DNA of 64,000 nucleotides from Macrostomum lignano (Eukaryota): NCBI GenBank assembly GCA_002269645.1, contig NIVC01002785.1, positions 9,478 to 73,477 of the forward strand, read 5' to 3'. Shown piece by piece: positions 11,588 to 23,500 of this stretch (position 1 is its first letter; each line of letters starts with the position of its first letter). The notes under the pieces were generated by a model. It saw only the letters and a program-made list of their open reading frames with translations, ran no database searches and was not told where the DNA came from. The position numbers and the translations under genes were made by a program.

Positions 11588-12829
11588 TACTATGCGCCTA
11601 TGAGCCTTGTTGCTGGGTAAACTGAGCGATTTCTAAGCGGTAAATATTGCACAAAATCGATAAGCATCCTTAAAGTAAAACGTTTGATGAAGTCATCCGT
11701 AGCTGAGGATGGTTCTTAGAGTTGAGAAAGCTTAATCCTAAGTTGCTAAGGCTGAATGTAACTTTGCGTTCGCTAAAACTTTGGTAAGTCAGAGCGGTTT
11801 CTTATATTATTTCATAAATTTAAGACAGGTTGGAACTGTTGTAATTCTTGTTAGCAAAGAGACACCGCCTTTTATGCAGCTACTGTACATGTACATTTAT
11901 TTCTCAGTGCATGTTGTCGGCGCTTGTGAATGCAGAATCTAAAAATAATTTCGCAACTTTGTCAAGTAGTTTGGCTATACTTTGGAGACATGCATATGGT
12001 AGCATAAAGGACTTAGTTTAAAATTTCTAGTGAATCGTTCCAAAGATGTTCCAAAGTTCGTCCACCCCATGTCTGGGAGGGCATCGCAAACCCGAAAAAT
12101 TACAACTCTAAAAAGTGCTTTCCATATCATAAACCGGAAACATCATAACTCCGAATGCTAGCAACGCCTAACGCTATTTTCGTTTTCGGAGCTGTGATAT
12201 TTCGGGTTTGTGATCTTTCTTCGGGAAGCATGGTATTTTATCAACCATGTGATGCACGCGGGCAGGTATACGAGCCGTACATGGACTTTAGAGCGCTTCA
12301 GACTAGTTGTGATTGGACATGCACTGATTTCTTTGCTAGGTAGCCATATACGCCGTGAAATGCCTTGACACGGTCTCTATCTCTGGCCTATGCCACAAGC
12401 CTTTAATTGTCAAGCTCGATTACAATCGTGTAATCAGGGAGATGTAATCAGTTTTATTATTATTACTATTCTGGCTCGATAAATCAATCAGATTGAACAT
12501 TTGGAATTTTCTGCAAAATAATTTTAAAACTATATCTAGATAGTTCTCGCCGCCATCAAGTTACGCGCTGTCAAATTGAACAAATCGGATAATGTGCAAA
12601 GCAACGAAAAAGTACATAGCTACAAGGAATAACAACACACATAAATCGCCTCATTTGATAGCGCAGCGTGGATGAGCCTGTTATGTTCTTGCGGGAATTA
12701 TTTCTGCAGCAACAAGCTATAAAAGTGCTTGGTTCCCTGATTTTTTAAGTTTTTTAGTTTCTCTATCGCGACGGTTGTCACCTTTCTCATGGTGGTTCGT
12801 CTTCTGCTTGTAGTTTTCTGCCCGCAGAC

Positions 12830-13270
12830 CACAGATGCTAAACTAACTGGATGGGCCACTCAACCATAAATACTTAGTAAAACAGCTTTCTACTTTCAGT
12901 TCAGTAGCAAAGAAGAATACATAAGCTATTTATAAAAATAAAGGCAGCTGAAATGACTAATAAGTTTAGAAGCCCAAGCCTGCAGGCGTAAGCAACTTGC
13001 TAATTGGTTCAGCAGTAATGTACATTAGCCAGTCTACTGAAATATACATGGCAGCTTTAGGCTGAAATTCCGAGAAAGGCAATAAAAATTGGGGCGGGGC
13101 GGGGGGGTTGGTGTCGTGTGGAAAGGCGCGGTTGGAGGGTTTAAGCTGGTGGGTAAGACCCAATAAACGAGCTTTGGAATTCAAATGCTTCTGTTTAACT
13201 TACTACTGAACTGAAAGTAGCTTACACGCAAATGTGCTGAGTGGCCCATCCAGTCATTCTAGTATCTGTG
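12830..13270. mobile_element. MITE, P-element-like termini, copy 2
   Basis: TIR cacagatgctaaactaactggatgggccactca / tgagtggcccatccagtcattctagtatctgtg. Flanks ccgcagac / ccgcaagc match at 6/8. Internal homology to 3974-4437; a fragment also lies at ~1095-1160. Confidence 0.75.
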
Positions 13271-13898
13271 CCGCAAGCTTACAGTTCTCCGCTATATGCT
13301 GCAAGTTGCCCTTCAGATTTATTCGCTTCAATCAGTCTCGATCGCACAATCGCTTGTATTCCAGGACGACTTAAGAACACAGGACATCTTGGGTGAATAT
13401 TGACAATTGGGTGAAGAAGACCAAATGTTAGCGGTGACATGGAATTGCCCTAGGAGAGAATTTTATCAGCAGCATTAATTGCAAGCATTTTCGCCAGCAG
13501 TATCTGACAAAGCAATTGTCAAAGCCTTGTTTTTTGCAATCGTCAGTGATAAAGCGCGTAGGCTAGGACCACTGGAACAATTACGTTACTTTAGTAGTCC
13601 TTGAGCACTACTAGTTTATCCAGGAGCAGTAATAGCAGATCGTGGGTGTTATTGCTGTAGCAGCTGGTTGATAAATCCGAGAACACCAATAAATTAATTT
13701 GTTTTAACTAAAGACACCCTTTGATCAGACAATTCTTTAACTTATCTGGGGATATAAAGTTTCCAGTTTTCTTAACTTTGTTATCCCAACAAGTCTAAAC
13801 AAAAAATGCACTCAGAAAAGAAATTCAGTTATTAGTAAAGTAAGATCGTTGTTAATATTGTACTTTAAGTTTATTTTATAGCCTCAATACCGAAACAT

Positions 13899-14186
13899 TT
13901 ACAGCTTGATGCAGCTGAGAATCTGGATGGCGCTGCCGCCGCACTTGTTGGCCAGGCAGCCGGCCAGCTGGCTGATGTTGGTGCCGTGGGCGAAGTAGCA
14001 GGAGGCCAGGTTGGAGATCAGGCAGTTCACGGAGCTGATGCCGTTCTGCTTCAAGCAGTTGGTGTCGATGCTGAGCACGGGAACGACCTCGTGAATGATG
14101 TCGTTCACGACCTCGTTCTTCTGCTCCGGAGTGTAGGCGGCGGCGGCGAAGGCCACGAGAGCGAACAGACAGACGAGCTTGTACAT
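13899..14186 (-). CDS. Secreted six-cysteine small protein, copy C (protein identical to B)
   Basis: Identical ORF translation to B; AATAAA ~20 nt after the stop. Confidence 0.9.
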   Translation of the reverse strand: MYKLVCLFALVAFAAAAYTPEQKNEVVNDIIHEVVPVLSIDTNCLKQNGISSVNCLISNLASCYFAHGTNISQLAGCLANKCGGSAIQILSCIKL

Positions 14187-14662
14187 GGCTGCTGAGCTGG
14201 GTGCTTTGGTTGCTGGCTTCTTGAGACTGGCTGCTGGGTTGAGTTGCTGATTGGGTCTCGGGCTCGGTCGCTGGGCTCTCATTTATGGTGCCGCTGGTGG
14301 CGCTGCAGGTGACGCGGTCTCGGACTGCAGCACCGCGCGCAATCCGTTAAAGCTGTCAGAACTGTCACAGAAGGCTCTGCAAGTAGCGTTTCCTTCCCTT
14401 ATCTGTGCGTATGAGCGTAGTATAGAGCTAATTTACTAATCCTCCTTCCTAATTAGCATAATTAGCTTCCTAATACTTCCTAATTAGCATACTCATGCGG
14501 CGGAACAACAGTCTGTGGGACACTGTCGTGACACGGCCGCGCCACAGCCTGTCAGACCTGTCACCAGCGATATGGGCCAGTTTGGCCAACTAAGGTTTTC
14601 CACTAATTTCACGGCCAGGGCGCGTAAAATCAGCATACGTAGGTCAGCATCAGGCAGGAGAG

Positions 14663-15500
14663 TCAGACCTCAGGATGCTGCGAGACGTGACACTGGGTGA
14701 CCAAAAAGCCATCCTCTTCCTGCAGAGTCCTGCGGAGCACGTAGGTTGGAAACTCTGCAGTGGGTCCATCGGATGTTTGGAAGAACGCCATAGAACTGCT
14801 GTACACGTCCATGACTGCCCGCACAAGCAGAGGTGGCACTCCATGCTGAGCGAGCAGCCAGGCTATGGCCAGCCTGCTGACAGAATCAAAGGCTTTGCGG
14901 AAGTCGATGATTATTGCCGCCACCTGCTCAGTAGTTGATCTGCCAGAAAAAAAGCCACTCTGAAAAGCTGGCATGCGCGAGCTGAGCGCTGGGAGCAGGC
15001 GCGGTTTCTCAGCACGGCGTTCAGCGCTTTTGGGAGAATGCAATCCCGCGCCGGTTGTCTAGTCTGGTGGAGTTGCCTTTCTTGGGGATGGAGATGATCT
15101 TTGAAGTCTTCCACTGCTTGGTGGCAGAGGCGGGCTCGTCCCCGCCAAGGCGGTTGAGCAGGCGGTTGGTCACGGTGCCAAGCAGCTCAGGCAACTTCAG
15201 CACTCTCGGGGCGGATTCCGTCAACTCCAGACGGAGCGTCCGCTCGCATTGCCTCCAGGACCTTAGCGACCTCGTCCATGATGATTGGAGTGAAGCAGAA
15301 GGACTCGGCTGGGGCGGACGTCAGGCCGGAGGCTGGTGGGAGAAGCAGCAATTTGGATGGCCATGCAAAGGCCTCGGGTGAAAAATTTGGGCGATGGCTA
15401 TCCCAGCTGAGGGACACTTGATGGGGGCTGAGTTTACTCAATTTCCTGTCATTATAGCGATTTACAGGGTGACAATTGCGCTGTAACAGTTTAGCCAAAA
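14663..15500 (-). pseudogene. Degenerate non-LTR (RTE-like) reverse transcriptase fragment
   Basis: WKTSKIISIPKKG, QSGF..GRSTTEQ and IDFRKAFDSV motifs, broken by frameshifts. Confidence 0.8.
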
Positions 15501-15964
15501 TGGGAGAAAAATAATTCCGACTTCTATGGACAACAATGCAGTGTCTACATTAATGCAATCACTTCAATAAAATAGTAAGTGAGAAAAATTTAAACACGCT
15601 CGTAAAAATGAGAAAGCAATGCTGTTTCCTTTTGTAGAAGTTATATATCTTCTGAAATAACTTTTGGAATCCTGCTTTTAAAGTTGGGAATGCTTAATTA
15701 AAGTCGAGCCTTTTTATGCTCAAAATAACCCAAACAAAACAACCCGAACGTTTCTGTTTGATCCTTAAGAAAATGCCATTAAGACAACCATTTGTATAGT
15801 TGTACTGATTTCCAAAGACATTATTTCCATTTTCCGGGATTCTATTTGGTTGGATTCAACATTGCCCCGAAAATTGTCCATAAAACATGTCTATGTTTTA
15901 TGTAGAAGACAAAAAATGCCTTTTTGAGGGAGCTATTCGTATAAATCACGAAAGCCGAAGGCTG

Positions 15965-16137
15965 TGTCTCAATAATACAAGCGCACATTATGAAGTGTGT
16001 CTCAATGACACAAGCGCACATTATGAAGTGTGTCTCAATGACACAAGCGCACATTATGAAGTGTGTCTCAATGACACAAGCGCACATTATGAAGTGTGTC
16101 TCAATGACACAAGCGCACATCATGAAGTGTGTCTCAA
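15965..16137. repeat. 33-bp tandem repeat x5 (aatgacacaagcgcacattatgaagtgtgtctc)
   Basis: Directly visible. Confidence 0.9.
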
Positions 16138-16678
16138 TGGACCAATTTGCTTCAATTTGCGGTAATTTACTCGAGAAAATAAGGCGGCATGCTTGCAGCT
16201 CGTAGAACTGGATAGGTAAAACTTGGCGCACAAGATGGACAATTTACGACAAAAAGATAAAATGATCAATAAATATACTTCGCCAAAGTCCTGCTTTTTC
16301 AAAGGAATGCATCTCATTGTTGCACCTTTTTTACCCGAGCTGTCGGAGGGGTTTATTAACGGTGCTGAATTTGTCGGTCAATAGAACCTACCCTAATAGT
16401 TCAAGCGGTCGCAAAAACAGCTGAATCATCTTGCAAGAACATTCGAGAAGACATTAAGCTGAACCGCGACTGCAGGACAGTCAATCAATTTGAAGCGATA
16501 AGAAGTAGCTGCCTCTGGCAGGGCGTGGGCGGCGTGACAGGCCGAGACCGCGTCACCTGCAGCGCCACCAGCGGCACCATAAATGAGAGCCCAGCGACCG
16601 AGCCCGAGACCCAATCAGCAACTCAACCCAGCAGCCAGTCTCAAGAAGCCAGCAACCAAAGCACCCAGCTCAGCAGCC

Positions 16679-16966
16679 ATGTGCAAGCTCGTCTGCCTGT
16701 TCGCTCTCGTGGCCTTCGCCGCCGCCGCCTACACTCCGGAGCAGAAGAACGAGGTCGTGAACGACATCATTCACGAGGTCGTTCCCGTGCTCAGCATCGA
16801 CACCAACTGCCTGCAGCAGAACGGCATCAGCTCCGTGACGTGCCTGGTGAGCAACCTGATCACCTGCTTCTTCTCCAGCGGCACCAACATCAGCCAGCTG
16901 GCCGGCTGCCTGGCCAGCAAGTGCGGCGGCAACGCCATCCAGATCATCAGCTGCATCAAGCTGTAA
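16679..16966 (+). CDS. Secreted six-cysteine small protein, copy D (inverted relative to the others)
   Basis: Same architecture; CATAAAT at ~16578 and GCGTCACCTGC at 16550-16560. Confidence 0.9.
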   Translation: MCKLVCLFALVAFAAAAYTPEQKNEVVNDIIHEVVPVLSIDTNCLQQNGISSVTCLVSNLITCFFSSGTNISQLAGCLASKCGGNAIQIISCIKL

Positions 16967-19260
16967 ATGCTCTGCTGGCTGTGCTCTCAAAGATAGCTAG
17001 ATTTCAAATACACTTGACTACGTTGAAATCAGATTTAATACCTATTAATTCACTTGGTCTGTTGGTGGTTTTCAGTTTCGAATGACAAATTAGAGAAGCA
17101 GCTGAGTATCATCAGTCGCTGGTTTTGATGGCGATGAATTTGGTTAGAATGAGTGGCTATCTTATTAAGCTCGAATTCCTCATTGGAGTTTCTTTGTTTA
17201 TTGAAGTAATGTAGAGTAGGATCGACTGCTCATTAAACGGAACGGTTCCGTATTGGGTGCGGCAGTGGGTTGAGAGGCAGAATGGAGTCCTTGCAGCCAA
17301 TCGGCAACGAATATTGACAGCTCATATTTGTAAATTATCGCGTAAACAAGTGGGAAAGTTCCAATGTGCAATTGCTAGTCAGGATGAGTCCTTGAACTAG
17401 CGCTAAAATGACTGTGTATTTCCCAGCCTTCTACAGTCACTATATTGCTAGTTTCTTAAGGACAAAGTTAAAAGCATTCCACAGTGATTGATGGCATCTT
17501 AGCAGCTCCTCTTAAGCTATAAGCTTTAACCCTAACGCTAACTAAAACGCATGGCTTGTACGCTCGTCCATTGGAAGTGGGAGAGAACAAAAAAAGCAGC
17601 TCGTAGCGTCCTTTTAATTAGACGCATTGATCTTCTCGATGGCCTCCATCTTGAGTAGCATCCTATGACAGTTTTTCATGGCTTCATGGAGCCGCAATTG
17701 TCCAGGCAGATGCCGTCAAAGATACCCTGAAAGGACTCAGATCAGCCGTTTTAGTTGCTTTTGAAAGTAGAGATTTATTTTGTGGAGTGCGGCACACTGG
17801 GAAGCACGGGTGACGTGATTGGCTGCTGTTATAAGGTGCAATTTTTTCAGCCTTTTGTCTTTTTGTCTTTCAGCCTGCTTGGCTATATCTATCTTCTTTC
17901 TGCGTTCGTTAATTCAACAACAGAACAGACATAAAGGTACACAGGCCGGGCTTGTGCCATTGCACACCTTTGATGGCGACTCGCTTGTTAGAATATACCT
18001 ACTATCCCTTAAAATCCTTTCATAACATGTCATAAAATTATTCACTGTAAATTAAAAGTGGCTGAAAAAGTGGTCGAGAGGTGGCCGGTTGTAAGTGGCT
18101 GGTGAGGGACTGAAAGTGTCCTTCCTTCAGCCACTAAAAGTGACCCTCTTTTATGGCCACTTTTTAGCATTTTTTCAGCCGTTTTTCGACCCGCCGTATT
18201 ACACTTTACGGTCTCATTGTCTTAGGGTCTCCTTCCGGAGACTGCAGGTGCTGTACGATCTCTCCTGATAGAATTCTCAGTACTCTATGGTCCAACCATG
18301 GGCTTTGGAGCAACCAATAAGCAAAGCAGTTGATGACTTTGAAGTGCTTGGGAAGAGATGCGGACATGCCGGTGGTTCGGAACTCGCCAGAAAACATTTA
18401 AATACTGTGCGGGTTTTTTCCACGGAATTCCCGCGCGTATTCCAACGTATTTCCGCGGACTATCCTGGGACAGTACTCAAAGCCATTTTTCTATACACTA
18501 TTTTTATGAGATGCTCCAATTCGGCATCGGTGTTCTAGGCTTAATTTGTTCGTCTATCCTAGCTGAAGCGACAACACATGCAATTATGCCTCTCTTACTC
18601 TTTAAGAAGCAAGCAAGCCGGAAATTCGGTCAGCGAGCCGACGTCCCCGACCTGGTGCTGGCCCGGGAGCCGCTGACCCGGCTGCAGCTGGCGCCGCAAA
18701 CCCCGCCACCCCGGAGGACCTGTCGGTGCTCAGTCAGGGCGTTGTGCTGATGGACAGCCAGCGCCTCAGCGGCGATGACTGCGTTTATGTCAGCCCGACC
18801 GGCTGGCTGACTGTCGGCCTGCGGCTGGAGGCTAAAAGTGCAGTGTGACAGCCACACCAATGCGGTACTTCACTGTTATTGAACATGCTTTCTGAAGTCG
18901 CTTGTGCTTTTATTATTGTTATTATCATCGTAATTAATATTATTGACATTGTTATAACTGTTATTCATATTAGAATCTCATATACAGGTATTCTTGTTCA
19001 CATTCAATGCCTACAGTTAGAGCCGTGTCAGAAATATACAAAATACAGAGATTGAATCATAGGCCCGAAAAATGTACACTATGTGATTTGATGGAAACTG
19101 TACGCAGACACACACAGCTCACACGCTCACACAGGGTGTACATCGGCCCGGACTTTCTGATCGTCAGGCATGTACATGTACACTCTCTGTGCCTTGGCGT
19201 GTGAATGGCAGTTAATTAATAGATATTTCACCTGATTTGGTTATAGCCAAAGTGTATTTG

Positions 19261-19548
19261 TTACAGCTTGATGCAGCTGAGGATCTGGATGGCGCTGCCG
19301 CCTCACTTGCTGGCCAGACAGCCGGCCAGCTGGCTGATGTTGGTGCCGCTGGAGAAGAAGCAGGTGATCAGGTTGCTCACCAGGCACGTCACGGAGCTGA
19401 TGCCGTTCTGCTGCAGGCAGTTGGTGTCGATGCTGATCACGGGAACGACCTCGTGAATGATGTCGTTCACGACCTCGTTCTTCTGCTCCGGAGTGTAGGC
19501 GGCGGCGGCGAAGGCCACGAGAGCGAACAGGCAGACGAGCTTGCACAT
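19261..19548 (-). pseudogene. Secreted six-cysteine small protein, copy E, TGA at Cys5 and promoter lost
   Basis: In-frame TGA (19303-19305) replaces TGC, and homology continues to the normal stop. 5' homology ends ~87 nt upstream, before the TATA box. Confidence 0.75.
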
Positions 19549-20231
19549 GGCTGCTGAGCTGGGTGCTTTGGTTGCTGGCTTCTTGAGACTGGCTGCTGGG
19601 TTGAGTTGCTGATTGGGTCTCGGGCTCGGTCGCTGGTGTCGCGGTCATTCGCACCTTAGAGGCAGCTAATCTCGTAAGTTCGACAAGTTTTACGATTAAT
19701 AATGATGGTAATAATTATGCTTGACCGAAAAAAATGCGCCAGATGACAAATATAGTTTGCTAGCTCTGTAGTCAGAATGCTAGTTGTGAATTAATATTTT
19801 ATATTATCATATAATTTGAATCTTGTAAAAAGTCAGTTAAGCCTGACTGATCCACGAGACACACAATAAGCGAAATCTGGTACAGCCAGTCTCTACAGAA
19901 AATTTGAATAAAAATTATGAATTCATTTTTGATTTGCAATAAATATTAACTTTTAGGTAAAAATGTCATGATTTAAGCAGCTAAAACTTTCTTATTTGAC
20001 ATTGATAATGAAGTCCTGTTAAAATAAAACAAAGTTTGAAATTTACTATCGAATTAGTGAATGAACTGCTCAAATGGACACAATTGGCCACTCAACTTTA
20101 TTGGTTTTCGGTGCCCTCACTTCAATCCCGTCTTATAACATTCCTGGATCGCCGAGTCCCTGTCATCGAATTGACGTCCTTGCGTTCAAACCCTTGCCGA
20201 CAAGTCCCTGTGCTCCAATCCCAGTTCCCAC

Positions 20232-20522
20232 AGTCCCTTGTCCCTCAGTCTCTTGTCTCTCAGTCCCTTGTCCCTCAGTCCCTTGTCCCTCAGTCTCTTG
20301 TCCCTCAGTCCCTTGTCCCTCAGTCCCTTGTCTCTCAGTCCCTTGTCCCTCAGTCTCTTGTCCCTCAGTCCCTTGTCCCTCAGTCCCTTGTCCCTCAGTC
20401 CCTTGTCCCACAGTCCCTTGTCCTTCAGTACCTTGTCCCTCAGTCCCTTGTCTCTCAGTCCCTTGTCTCACAGTCCCTTGTCCCTCAATCCCTTGTCCCT
20501 CAGTCCCTTGTCCCTCAGTCCC
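20232..20522. repeat. 15-bp tandem repeat (cagtcccttgtccct)n in amine oxidase 3' UTR
   Basis: About 19 copies starting ~10 nt after the stop codon on the minus strand. Confidence 0.95.
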
Positions 20523-20532
20523 TGCTCTCGAA

Positions 20533-23500
20533 TCAGCCGTCATGGCCAGCTTCCAGCTTGGTCGCCGCGGCGGTGGCCGCCCGCTCGCCGCTCTCAATGG
20601 CGCCTTCCATGTAGCCGACCCACCGCCGCGCGAACTCGGTGCCGGCAAACAGCAGACGGCCGTCGCACAGGCCGGCAGTGGCCGCGGCCAAGTCGGCCAG
20701 GTGGAACCGGCCGAATCCACAGGGCGCCACGTCTGATGGGCAGCCGCCGTTAAACGGCTCGGCGCGCCAGAACTTCTCGGCGAAGTGGAGGCAGTCGGTA
20801 GCGAGGCCGGAGGCTGAATCATGAGGGAAGAATTTGGCCAGATGGCGGAGAACCGCTTCGCGACGGGCCTCCGGCGTGGGCAGGCACTCGAGGTCCTGGG
20901 AGGGCCGACCGGCCGATAGTAGCACCAGAGCAGCTGATCCGGTGTCCGTGGTGCCTGGTGTTGAGAACCGGATGTGAATTCGATTGGAACCGGGTGTCAA
21001 TTCGGGATAAGAATGAAATATATGGATTGGAGAACCGGGAGTTAATCGGATTAGAGAACCGGAAGTTAATCGGATTAGAGAACCGGGAGTTAATCGGACT
21101 AGAGAACCGGAAGTTAATCGGATTAGAGAACCGGAAGTTAATCGGATTAGAGAACCGGAAGTTGAGTACGGTTATAGAACCGGAAGTTAATCGGTTTATA
21201 GAACCGAAAGTTAATCGGATTAGAGAACCGGAAGTTAATCGGATTAGAGAACCGGAAGTTAATCGGATTAGAGAACCGGGAGTTAATCGGACTAGAGAAC
21301 CGGAAGTTAATCGGATTAGAGAACCGGAAGTTAATCGGATTAGAGAACCGGAAGTTGAGTACGGTTATAGAACCGGAAGTTAATCGGTTTATAGAACCGA
21401 AAGTTAATCGGATTAGAGAACCGGAAGTTAATCGGATTAGAGAACCGGAAGTTAATCGGATTAGAGAACCGGAAGTTAATTGGATTGGAGAACCGGGAGT
21501 TAATCGGATTAGAGAACCGGAAGTTAATTGGATTGGAGAACCGGAAGTTAATTGGATTGGAGAACCGGGAGTTAATCGGATTAGAGAACCGGAAGTTAAT
21601 CGGATTAGAGAACCGGAAGTTAATCGGATTAGAGAACCGGAAGTTAATCGGATTAGAGAACCGGAAGTTAATCGGATTAGAGAACCGGAAGTTAATCGGA
21701 TTAGAGAACCGGAAGTTAATCGGATTAGAGAACCGGAAGTTGAGTACGGTTATAGAACCGGAAGTTAATCGAATGAGAGAACCGGAATTTAATCGGATTA
21801 GAGAACCGGAAATTATCCAGATTAGAGAACCTGAAGTTAAGTACGATTAAAGAACCGGAAGTTGATCGGATTTCAAAAAATTCGACCAACCATCGAATCC
21901 GGTCACAATGGGAGACAGCGGGTCGCAGCTGAACAGCTCGCCGGAGTAGCCGAGCCGTCGCCACCAGGCCTCCGAGTAGGTAATGATAAACTTGGCGTAA
22001 TGAGACGGCACCGCGGCACCGACAGCCGTCTGCAGGCTGACGGCGGCCGGCTCGGAGGAGGGCAGGGCCAGGCGGGCCAGCTGGTTGGGCGGCACGGCAG
22101 CGATGACCAGGCGGGCCAGCAGGCGGTCTCCGCTGCTCAGGCGGACGGCCAGGCGGGCGCCTCCGTCTGGCGCATCGGTTGACGCCAATGACGCAGTCTC
22201 GACCTCTTCAACGCCGGCCACGGGGCTGCCAAGTCGCAGCCGGCCGGGGCCCAGCCGGTCGGCCAGGCGGAGGCTCAGACTCTGCGCGCCACCCGCCAGT
22301 CGGTAGCCCTGCGGACAGCGGGCCAAGACAGCTCGTAGGTAGGGCACGAAGACAGAAAGGCAGACGGCAGATTTAATCTGAGCTGACTGAGATCTCAGCT
22401 CAGACACCTGCCTTCTCGATGAGATCTCAGCTCAGACACCTGCCTTCTCGATGAGATCTCAGCTCAGACACCTGCCTTCTCGATGAGATCTCAGCTCAGA
22501 CACCTGCCTTCTCGATGAGATCTCAGCTCAGACACCTGCCTTCTCGATGAGATCTCAGCTCAGACACCAGCTCTCTCAGTAGGAGATCTCAGATCAGACA
22601 CCTGCCTTCTCGATGAGATCTCAGCTCAGACACCTGCCTTCTCGATGAGATCTCAGCTCAGACACCTGCCTTCTCGATGAGATCTCAGCTCAGACACCTG
22701 CCTTCTCGATGAGATCTCAGCTCAGACACCTGCCTTCTCGATGAGATCTCAGCTCAGACACCTGCCTTCTCGATGAGATCTCAGCTCAGACACCTGCCTT
22801 CTCGATGAGATCTCAGCTCAGACACCTGCCTTCTCGATGAGATCTCAGCTCAGACACCTGCCTTCTCGATGAGATCTCAGCTCAGACACCTGCCTTCTCG
22901 ATGAGATCTCAGCTCAGACACCTGCCTTCTCGATGAGATCTCAGCTCAGACACCTGCCTTCTCGATGAGATCTCAGCTCAGACACCAGCTCTCTCAGTAG
23001 GAGATCTCAGCTCAGATACCAGCTCTCTCAGTAGGAGATCTCAGCTCAGACACCAGCTCTCTCAGTAGGAGATCTCAGCTCAGACACCAGCTCTCTCAGT
23101 AGATCTCAGCTCAGACACCAGCTCCTTCAGCCGCACAAGCGCACCTGAGCACCGTCAGGCATGTCGCTGATCAGTCGCTGGAAGTCGCCAACCGAGTGGA
23201 ACATTCTGGCTGCGTAGAGCGCCGAAACGGCCGCAGGCTCCTGGCCGAACAGGATCCGAATTGTCGAATCCAGAAGCGAGCGGACGTTGCGCGTCCAGCA
23301 CAGGCCGGCGGCCTCCGTGCTCATTGTGCGGCCGTCCAGTAAGGCCTGGCATTTGGCGTAGCATTTTTAAAATAGAATTGTTATCTAATGGATAGATTTC
23401 GTGTAAACATCTAATTTTAAAGCATACATTGTGCTTAGACTACTTTCCTATGAGCATATTGAATGCAAATTACAACAGGATTTTGCAAAGAAAAGTCAAA

